This document shows, piece by piece, positions 53,909-64,000 of a DNA stretch of 64,000 nt. The stretch covers positions 22,134,001 to 22,198,000 of the forward strand of contig OX597817.1 in NCBI GenBank assembly GCA_951406725.2, given 5' to 3'. The position numbers and the translations under genes were made by a program. Under the pieces are notes generated by a model, which was not told the origin of the DNA, made no database searches, and saw nothing but the letters and a program-made list of their open reading frames with translations. The number at the start of each line of letters is the position of its first letter. Within the stretch, counting starts at the first letter, position 1. Source of the DNA: Octopus vulgaris (lineage: Eukaryota).

Positions 53909-54231
53909 ACAAGCCCCTTTCAATTTCCATCTACCAATTCACTCACACATATATACTGACATATATAGTTATAGATATTTCTTATAAATATTTTTAAAAT
54001 ACTTATAGAGACAAATTTTTGCTTTCATAAATTCTCAGATGTGAAATATTTCAAGTGAAAACGCATGTTATTTTTTTACTTTTTATTATTAAATTTGAGA
54101 GAATGTCACTTCTGGTTTTGAGCTGAAAATATGTCAACGTTTTTTAATGTGCATGCTTGTTTTTGTATTTATGTGTATAGATATTAAAATATATTTTTAT
54201 CTCAGTGCATAGTTACTGTATCTATGCGTAC

Positions 54232-54314
<83 letters not shown>

Positions 54315-54808
54315 AATATATATATATACAAATATATATACAAATATATATATATATATGTATGTATGTATGCTTCAATGTGTGAAAAAGAAAGAGAGTG
54401 AAAAGGAACAAGTGAAGGATAGAGAATAACTATAAAAGAGTATGAGTAGCAGTAATGAATGGAGCTAGAGGTATGAAAATACAGATATTTTTCTTTCCCT
54501 AAAGCTGTAATAATTACAGCAATTGAAAATTTATAAATTGTATATATAGGAAATTTGCTACTGCTATAACACAGTGTGCATTTGTAAAACGTTCTCTCTG
54601 GTCATATATTAAAGCTCTCTGAGGTCATTCAGTGATTCAGAACTGCTTGTATTGCCTTTGTGAGTGGATGTTGTGTTAGTAGTTAATATTACAATGATGA
54701 TTATCATGCTGCTCGTTATACAGTGCAAGTATATGATAACGATGACAAAGATGTTATTGTTCCAACATGGAGGCAGCTGAATAAACATTAAGAAAATTCT
54801 TCTAATTT

Positions 54809-54856
<48 letters not shown>

Positions 54857-55179
54857 GCAGCTTGAATAATCACATACAAATTTCCTTGTTAGCACATATT
54901 TGAAGGTGGTGGCAGTAGCTGTCCGTCGTTATAGTTGTGGTGGTATTGCTCTTAATTAAACCCAGAATAATTAAGTGCAGAACTATGATTTAAGCATTCC
55001 AGTCATGGCCATTCCATTTCCTGTCACATACGAATTAGCTGAGCGGTTATAGTGTCAGACAGAATAGGTTTCAGTGTTTGATTACGATGCCTGCACTTTA
55101 AGTTCAAATACCAATGTGGTTAACTCTTGACTTTTCATACATTCTGAGTTGATCAATAAAGTGCTGCTCCTATTTTTCG

Positions 55180-55340
55180 ATGTTATTATTATTATCATTA
55201 TTACTATTATTATTACTATTATTGTTATTATTGTTAGTGTTCAGGTCACTGTTTGGAATTGAACTCGGAATCTTGGGGTTAGTAGCACGTGCTCTTAACC
55301 ACTACGTCATATGCCCATGGTCATATAGCATAGTGGTTAA
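55180..55340 (-). mobile_element. Short tRNA-derived repeat with an (AAT)n tail and an inverted partial head
   Basis: Minus strand: GGGCATATGACGTAGTGGTTAAGAGCAC..GAGTTCAATTCC..GTGACCTGAA then (AAT)n. The head is duplicated in inverted orientation at ~55319-55340. Confidence 0.7.
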
Positions 55341-56285
55341 ATGGCTATGTGTGTGTGGTGTGGGGTTGCGCCAGAACGAAATAGTAATCAAAGGGGTTCA
55401 TTGGTAAAAAACGGTTGAGAACCCCTACTCTGGGTCGATAAGAGAAATTGTAACCTAATCTCATTCAAATCACATTCTAAAATATCATCATCTTAAAAAG
55501 AAGTATGTATGATGACCAAATAAATGATAGTTCTCTGTGAGCTGGTTTAATAGGGGTAGCATATTTAGTGACTAACACCCAACCCTGTGGCAAGTTATAT
55601 TTGGCTATATTTGACCTGTTGTGCTCACAAGGAAGGTAACAAAATTTACATAGTTGAATGCATGTTTTGTATATGCATGTGCGTGTGCCTGTGTGTGTGT
55701 GTGTGTGCATGTGCCTGTGTGTGTGAGTCATAACTCAACATCATCCTTAATGTCTAGCTTCCATGCTAGCATAGGTTTTACAATTCGACAGAATCTGATC
55801 AACTGTTAGAGGACTACAATATGCTCCAATGCCTACGTTGGCATGGTTTCCATGACTGGTTTGCTTACATCCTGATAACATAGCAGTTTGGCACAAAGAG
55901 AACTATAGAATAACTACCAAACTTAAAATAAGTCCTGCTATCAATTTGTTCAACAAACCCCAACAAAACAGTATGCCAGCATGGCTGCAGTCCAATGATT
56001 GAAACAAGAATGAAAGTAATGTATATATCAGTGTATATCAAATCCATCCATCCATCCCTCCCTCCCTCCCTCCATCCATCCATCCATCTATTTCTACCTC
56101 TCTCTCTGTATGTGTGTGTTTATATATATATATATATTGTATTCTTTACGTGCAACTTATAGGTAAGATCAGCCATGGTGGATATCTGATATCATACTTA
56201 TCGGATAATTTACCCACTCTACTGACAGATATACAAGTGCCTCCTTTCCCTGGCTTATGGTCTCTTACACAACTCACACACATGC

Positions 56286-56334
<49 letters not shown>

Positions 56335-56629
56335 GGATACAAATGCACCTCTTAAAAGGGATGTCAACATCCAAGCTTCACTGGTTTAATCTTATGTATC
56401 GATGAAAAGTCTAAATAATGTCTAAGAGTCCAGTATAACTTAATAATATTGGTGTCTGTTATTTAAGATAAGCACCAATTATGTATATTATGGAGTTTAA
56501 TGACTATTAAACTTCGATATATATGGGTATAGTTCAATATAATATATTACAAGGAGGAAATGGAGAGTTTTAACTAATAAAATTCAATCTATTAACATAC
56601 TGTCAAAATTCTCTGTTACCAATAATCTG

Positions 56630-56694
56630 CTTGGTTCAGGAATTGAACCCATGATCTAGCAATGAGATCGCAACATCATAACCACTAGACCACT

Positions 56695-56695
<1 letters not shown>
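56630..56695 (-). pseudogene. tRNA-Glu(CTC)-like pseudogene or SINE head
   Basis: GTGGTCTAGTGGTTATGAT..TCTCA..GGGTTCAATTCC resembles tRNA-Glu, but the stems are decayed. Confidence 0.5.
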
Positions 56696-56733
<38 letters not shown>

Positions 56734-56847
56734 TAGATAGATAGACTGACAGATAAATAGATACATGCATTGATTGATTGATGGATGGATGGATGGATGG
56801 ATGGATTGATGGATGGATGAATGGATGGAAGGATGGATAAAAATATA

Positions 56848-57066
56848 CATGGGGTCCATAAATCACTTTTACAATCTGGAAAGTTCTGTAAAAATGAAAA
56901 ATGAGGATAACTCAGTAGACATTATTACAAAACATAAGCAAGCAAAAAAAGTTTTATTAGAGATATGAGACCGTTCCCACATGGAGGGGGGGTTCCATTG
57001 CGCTTGCATGCAATAAATAGATACAATAAATTGTGTAAGCTGCAATGATAATTTATGGATACCCTG
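56848..57066. mobile_element. Tc1/mariner-type MITE
   Basis: TA-CATGGGGTCCATAAAT ... ATTTATGGATACCCTG-TA: degenerate CAGGGTGTCCATAAAT TIRs with a TA target. Confidence 0.7.
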
Positions 57067-57125
57067 TATATGCACAAGTGTAATGTGTGTATATAAATTG
57101 TGTGTTTGCATGTGAGTGTGGGGGA

Positions 57126-57197
<72 letters not shown>

Positions 57198-57747
57198 CAG
57201 TACTTCAAAAAGATATTGCAGTGCTCAACTTCAATACACTGCTGCCTTGTAGAGAGCATTCAAGAAGTCTTATATTCAGAGAATGAAAATATGAAACAGT
57301 TATTAGGATTTCCAAATAAACCGTAAGTTTAATAATATTGTCAATGCAATTCAAAGTGCCAACATTCGACTTCCATCAAACTCTGTTATCACATGGATAC
57401 TATCATTTGACCAAATTATTTCTCTTAACTTTGAAGGAAAGACATTGCTGATAAAGACGATTGCACTGCAATATAGTATTCAACCAACGTTCATTTTACA
57501 CTCCAATATATATACACACTTATTCACAAATGAATATACAAATCACACTCACATTTATAGATGTGTGTGTGTGTGAATATATAAATACACATATTTATGT
57601 AAATGCCTTTATCCACGTAAATTGTGAAATATATGTGTAACTTGAACATGTATGTATGTGCATCATCATCAACTTTGTTTAATGTCTGTCTTCCATATAT
57701 ATATATATTTGTACTTATGTATTCAATATATATGTATTAATCTGTAT

Positions 57748-57818
<71 letters not shown>

Positions 57819-58069
57819 AGATACATATATATATTTATATATATATAAATATATACTATATATATATATATATAAATATATATATATATTGTAGATACAT
57901 ATATATATTTATATATATTTATTTATATATTTGTAATCATCTTTATTGCCAGAGATATTGGTACATGTATATGTGAATGAAATATATCTACCTATACCTG
58001 TAAAAATGCATTTATGTGCATATGTATGTTTACATTATATGTATATATATTTATGTGTGGGTGTATAAT

Positions 58070-58102
<33 letters not shown>

Positions 58103-58137
58103 CATATATAAATATATATATACCTATATACATATAC

Positions 58138-58211
<74 letters not shown>

Positions 58212-58214
<3 letters not shown>

Positions 58215-58760
58215 TCATCATCATCATCATCATTTAGCGTCCGTTTTCCATGCTAGCATGGGTTGGACGGTTCAACTGGGGTCTGTGAAGCTGGAAGGCT
58301 TCATCAGGCCCAGTCAGATCTGGCAGTGTTTCTACGGCTGGATGCCCTTCCTAACGCCAACCACTCCGTGAGTGTAGTGGGTGCTTTTTACGTGCCACCT
58401 GCACAGGTGCCAGACAGAGCTGGCAAACGGCCACGAACGGATGGTGCTTTTACGTGTCACCGGCACGGGGCCAGGCGAGGCTGGCAACGGACACGAACGG
58501 ATGGTGCTTTTACGTGCCACCAACACGGGGGCCAGACAGAGCTGGCAAATGGCCACGAAACGGATGGTGCTTTTACGTGTCACCGGCACGGGGGCCAGGC
58601 GAGGCTGGCAACGGGCACAAACGGATGGTGCTTTTACATGCCACCGACATGGGGGCCAGACAGGGCTGGCAAACGGCCACGAACGTATGGTGCTTTTACG
58701 TGTCACCGGCACGGGGGCCAGGCGAGGCTGGCAACGGACACGAACGGATGGTGCTTTTAC
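58212..58760 (-). mobile_element. Family D retroposon with six full internal ~61-bp units alternating A/B
   Basis: Conserved tail plus six units anchored on G(G/T)ATGGTGCTTTTAC (the first anchor is GTGGGTGCTTTTTAC) and a partial seventh. Flanked by (TA)n. Confidence 0.92.
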
Positions 58761-58793
<33 letters not shown>

Positions 58794-60135
58794 CATACAT
58801 ATATGTATGTATATGTATATATATAGTTTCACTTTTACTTGTTTTATTTTAGCTGGTGGCTATGGCCATCTTGGTACACTGCCATTGATGTGATAGCTAG
58901 TTTATCTCATTTCACTTCCATGGCCCCCCTCTCTATCTTAGTTTCTAGTGACTTACTAAGATGGACAAAGCCACTCATATTTGCTTTTAATGTGGGTGTT
59001 TGTCTGTGTAGCTGTATCTGCATTCATATGTGTTCGTGTGTGTGTGTGCGTGTGTATATTTATGTATGCATGTATATGAGTGTGTGTCTGTTCCTGTGTT
59101 AAGTAGTCAGACATATAGACAGATTTGACAGGTTTCTCTCACTAACATGATCTTCCACTTTAATATTGCAAATAGTATAACTACATTGATGCAAATAATT
59201 TTATTGTAACTGTCTTAACATTCAAGTAACTTTGTTGGTGAACATCATCAAATTAGAATATTCTTTAAAACTGTTACATCTAGTAATCAGTTTAATTTAA
59301 GTTAGGTAGGAGATGGTGAGATTTGGTAACTGAAAGGAGAAAAGCTTTCCCATTGGGTTGGGGTGGTAGGTTGCTTTGTATGTTGTTGAATGGTAGTTTC
59401 ATCTGTATGACACCCAGTCTAAATGTTTAGAAGTCTTAAGTGATTTCCTGGAACAGGTCCACAGAAAGGGAAAAATTGTAGCTGTCATCATTGATGACAG
59501 CAGTTTGATGTTCCATAAACACACTGAAGAAGAAGCATTGTAAACTGATGAACTGTGACATGAAAAATCAACAAATATTGGGCCTGCGAAAGTGGACAAC
59601 ACTGATCTGAAAACTATAGAAATAGCGAAAAAAAAACTTAAGGAGATTGTATGTGTATATGTATATCTATGAGAAAGAGGAGGAAGGGTGTGTCTCTGTG
59701 TAAGTGTTGATATGAAAGAGAGAGACTGATGTAAAGAAGGAATGATGGTCAGAAAGCATGAAAGGATGAATATTTTACATTTTCACTTGAAATATACTTG
59801 AAGTGGTTCTATTAATAAAATAACTTAGATGTGGTGTTCATATAATGAATGAACTTATCAAATAGATAATGAATATGAAATGAAAGTTTTCATCCAAGTT
59901 ATTCATCATTTGAGAAACCTGTCATATCATCATAAAGTGAATCATTTCCATGTATCGTGCCAGAGGTGGTATATATAGCAAACAGAAACTGCAGTCATTC
60001 TTGACAAAATCAAGTAGACTAATATTTACAACCAGACCTAACATTAAAAGAGTGCTTCGCTTCCAATAAACTCCCCCACAGATTGGTGCAAGGAAGTCTG
60101 TTAAATTCAGATTAACAAACTCAAGATCACTGTTA

Positions 60136-60519
60136 GCGGAAGCACTCCGTCGGTTACGACGACGAGGGTTCCGGTTGATCCGAATCAACGGAACAGCCTG
60201 CTTGTGAAAGTAACGTGTAAGTGGCTGAGCACTCCACAAACACGTGTACCCTTAACGTAGCTCTCGGGGATATTCAGCGTGACACAGAGAGTGACAAGGC
60301 TGGCCCTTTGAAATACAGGTACAACAGAAACAGGAAGTAAGAGTGAGAGAAAGTTGTGGTGAAAGAGTACAGCAGGGATCACCACCATCCCCTGTCGGAG
60401 CCTCGTGGAGCTTTAGGTGTTTTCGCTCAATAAACACTCACAACGCCTGGTCTAGGAATCGAAACCGCGATCCTATGACTGCGAGTCCGCTGCTCTACCC
60501 ACTGGGCCATTGCGCCTCC
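60136..60519 (-). mobile_element. SINE family C (~385 bp, tRNA-derived, OR1-like), full length
   Basis: Minus-strand 5' GGAGGCGCAATGGCCCAGTGG, B-box GTTTCGATTCC. 12-bp TSD AGATCACTGTTA at 60124-60135 and 60520-60531. Confidence 0.92.
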
Positions 60520-61390
60520 AGATCACTGTTAACAGAAGCACCAAATGAAACTGAACATCTAAACAGTTTTTGACTCTACATTGTAAATACTCACATACAT
60601 AAATACAAATATGTTCAAAATTCTGTCAGAAGTCATACATTCCTCACCACCATCACCACTGCCTTCACGGCGCAATTAGGGACTCCCTAGTATATACATT
60701 TTATTTTGTTTACATGTAGGTATATTGTTAGAGAGAGAGGGAGAGAGTGGAAAAGAGAGAGTTTACTAATGGAAAATGCTTAAGAACCTTTCACTATCCT
60801 GGGGAAGACTACATTTAACAAATGCAAAGAGAGAGAGATGGATACTAATGAAAGAGAAAGAAGGGAAGACAAAGAAAGTAAGAAGAAAGAAAGGAAGCAT
60901 TCCGAGTTGAATAATGGCAAATGAGAAGACATGCAGTGATACATGATTTAAGAGAAAACAGAATTTGATGCAGAGAAGGAAAAAAAAAAAAAATCAATCA
61001 TAACAAATTCCTGATACCTGTTTTATTAATGGCTGTCAAAAACAGTTAAATGATTCCATAGACGAAAATCTATATCTTACTTAGTTTATTGCTTTGTCAC
61101 TGCCCTTCCTTCCTAAATAGAAATGAAATTATAATGAGTAAAAACCAAAGGACATGTAACAGATAGTCTGGTGGTGAATCTGAACTAGCAACAAATACTA
61201 CATGTGTACCGAGTGTGTAATTGCTCAGTGATATTGAATTACCTACTCAGAGGACTTGCGTTCAAGTCTACAGTACAGGAAGTGCTTTGTTGTATAAATG
61301 GTCAGTGTAACTAATTTTATTAACATCAGCCCACTTAATTATGAGGAATAGAAACATGAATACCTGGTAATGTCATCTAAAACACGGTTT

Positions 61391-61460
61391 AATAAGTATT
61401 TGATATCCTACAAATAATAAGTATTTGATATCCTACAAATAACAAGTATTTGATATCCTA
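61391..61460. repeat. 25-bp minisatellite, about 3 copies (AATAAGTATTTGATATCCTACAAAT)
   Basis: Direct reading. Confidence 0.93.
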
Positions 61461-61999
61461 TGAGAACTAATCTTTAACATCTGTAAAGCTTGACAGATGC
61501 TTACATATTTTTACTGCAACTTTATAATCTCCATTTGTTTTCACTGTTCTACTTACTTTGATCTACATAAGTAAAAATGAGCAGCTGCTACATGAGTCAA
61601 CAAATGATCTTGTATGTGGTCACTTGATTTGCTAAAATTAGCAGCCAAATCTCCCTAACATCCACTCTAAACCAAGGTGGAACACAAATGATTTAATCCT
61701 AGATATATCATCATTATCATCATTTAGCATCTGTTTTCCATGCTAGCATGGGTTGGACGGTTCAACTGGGGTCTGTGAAGCCGGAAGGCTTCATCAGGCT
61801 CAGTCAGATCTGGCAGTGTTTCTATGGCTGGATGCCCTTCCTAATGCCAACCACTCCATGAGTGTATATATAGATATTGTAAAAAGATAGCATATTATAA
61901 AAGACTGATTTTTCAGTATTTGGAGTGCCTTTGATCATAGGTTTACTAAATGAAGAAACAATAACAGAGCTGGCCCACTTCATTATTAAACACTCAGAT

Positions 62000-62350
62000 T
62001 CAGGTACAGCTGTGTGGTGAGAAAAGTGCATCTCAGCTGCATGGTTCTTGGTTCACTCCCAATGTCTGATATTTTAGGCAAGTGTCTTCTATTGTAGCCT
62101 CAGACCAGCTAACGACTTGTGAGTAGATTTGGTAGATGGAAACTGAAAGAAGCCCGTTGTGTGTTTGTGTGTTTGTCCTCCATCACTGCTTGACAATCAG
62201 TGTTGATGTGTTTATGTTTCCATGACTTAGTATTTCAGCAAGAGAGACAGATAGACTAAATACTAGGTTTGATTTCTTTGACTGAAATTCTCTGTGGTGT
62301 TACTTAAGCGTGGTAGTAGTTTAAAGTCTAAAACTAGTAAAAGATAAACT
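62000..62350 (+). mobile_element. Diverged SINE family A
   Basis: AGGCAAGTGTCTTCT..GATTTGGTAGATGGAAACTGAAAGAAGCCCG, with a decayed tail. Confidence 0.75.
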
Positions 62351-62867
62351 AAAAAAGAAGACTCTCATAAAGCCAGCCTTTGTTTCCAAATTCAAGAGTA
62401 ATGAAATAAGTTACAAATCATTACCAGGATACCAGTCAATAACTAATAAAATTTCTATATATGGCATGTGTCCACAAAACTAGGTAAAGCAAACCACTTA
62501 ATATTTGCCAATCATGCAGGATAAGACCTGGATTTGAACCATGTGTTTCTTTAACAAATTCTACTGAACAGCAAAAATTGCATTGAACTCAGACACTTAT
62601 ATTTTAATACTATAAAGCAAGTCAAATACCCCATATCAACTATTTTTGAAATATCACTGCTTATTAGACTAAAATTGAATTAAGACATTTTTAATTTTTT
62701 TGTTTTGATGTTTTGCTGTATCAACCATATTTTGAAAATATGTCATGCTTGCAAAAGATCTTTCCTTCTGATATCATCTTTAGAATAGAATTTTAATATA
62801 ATATTTTATATGTTAAATGGGCAAACCAACTAATCAGCTTAAATTTCTTAGAGAAGAAAAGAAAACT

Positions 62868-62924
<57 letters not shown>

Positions 62925-63206
62925 AAGCAATGCCCCAGGTTATATAATTTTTACCAAATAATTTTTTTGAAAATACTCTTTGTCAAGTCAATCAATATTA
63001 ATTTTGATTGTAGCTATTTTTGAAATTCTGTTACATAAGCTGTAAGCAAATCATAAGTAGAATAAGGATTGCTTGGTAGAGTTCCAGCCACTGTTAAAAT
63101 CAAATACTTTCTGTCTCCATGTGGAAGAGAGATTGTAGAAAATATGCATGTAAAATTTGCTGATGCTTGATACCAAGAGATGGGTACTGAAAGTGATAAA
63201 CATTTA

Positions 63207-63407
63207 TGTATAGTATAGTATAGTATAGAATAGTATAGTATAGAATAGTATAGTATAGTATAGTATAGTATAGTATAGAATAGTATAGTATAGTATAGTA
63301 TAGTATAGTATAGTATAGTATAGTATAGTATAGAATAGTATAGTATAGTATAGTATAGAATAGTATAGTATAGTATAGTATAACATAGTATAGTATAGTA
63401 TAATATA
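63207..63407. repeat. (TATAG)n pentanucleotide microsatellite
   Basis: Direct reading, with occasional AATAG variants. Confidence 0.97.
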
Positions 63408-63692
63408 GAAAGTGATAAAAATTTATGTATAGTATAGAGAAATAATGTGTTTATGATATAAAGGATGTTTACAATTTACCTTTATGAAGGGTGTGGAGAT
63501 TTCTGGCTTAGTGTTTAGGGAGTTGGACTCATGATTGTAATATAGTAGTTTCGATTTCTGTATCAGGTAACATGTTATGTTCTTGAGCAAAACACTTCAT
63601 TTCACATTGCTCTAAACTGCTCAGCAGGCAAACCTGAGTAATTCTGTGACAGACTGGCTTCCCATCCTGGTGGGAAATATGTACTATTTAAT

Positions 63693-63906
63693 CTCTTTTA
63701 TTCTTTTACTTGTTTCAGTCGTTTGACTTTGGCCATGCTGGAGCACCGCCTTCAGTCGAGCAAATCGACCCCAGGGCTTATTCTTTGTAAGCCTTGTACT
63801 TATTCTATTGGTCTCTTTTGCTGAACCGCTAAGTTATGGGGAAGTAAACACACCACCATTGGTTGTCAAGCGATGTTGGGGTGACAAACACAGACACACA
63901 AACACA

Positions 63907-64000
<94 letters not shown>
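63693..64000 (-). mobile_element. SINE family A 3' half, running off the window end
   Basis: Reverse complement of the family A tail and body up to the internal (CA)n/(TA)n. Confidence 0.88.

Noticed and set aside
58378-58760. CRISPR-like array (constant anchor with ~61-bp periodicity)
   Set aside because: The 'spacers' are homologous to each other (alternating A/B), the array lies inside a dispersed retroposon, there are no cas genes, and the context is eukaryotic.
58263-58893. Overlapping 130-190 aa ORFs with repeated peptides
   Set aside because: All frames are open because of the GC-rich tandem units of family D. No evidence of coding function.
59545-59572. CTGATGA-ACTGTGACAT-GAAA as a hammerhead
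   Set aside because: Stem II is weak and there is no convincing stem I or III.
60440-60519. Functional tRNA gene
   Set aside because: It has A and B boxes but is the head of a 385-bp SINE with a TSD. The same applies to the other tRNA-like heads.

Overview
AT-rich eukaryotic DNA dense in microsatellites and retroposons. The SINE set (tRNA heads with CORE-, V-, Nin/Deu- and Meta-like bodies) and the abundant (TA)n/(CA)n tracts point to an octopus (coleoid cephalopod) genome; this is recognised from memory, not from a search. I found no intact protein-coding gene, rRNA, functional tRNA or CRISPR array. Nearly all ORFs in the supplied track are translations of simple repeats or SINEs. Recognisable content: many SINE copies from at least five families; decayed transposase or retroelement coding relics (full-length Hsmar1-like mariner, a second mariner 5' end, a Tc1/mariner C-terminus, Tigger/Jerky, R4/Dong RLE, RTE RT with a PHD finger, CR1/L2 3' end, and a fragmented Penelope-like RT plus GIY-YIG element); piggyBac, Tc1 and Helitron non-autonomous elements; and several long hairpins. 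Most notable are a hammerhead ribozyme with an intact catalytic core at 21764-21844 and several variant minimal hammerhead motifs in Penelope-like termini embedded in (TA)n. Also notable are a SINE-internal dimeric tandem array, close inverted SINE pairs that are candidate ADAR substrates, an apparent CpG-content boundary near 13 kb, and a candidate ATG-bearing minus-strand exon at 42175-42310. Family names are from memory and need RepeatMasker/Dfam confirmation.
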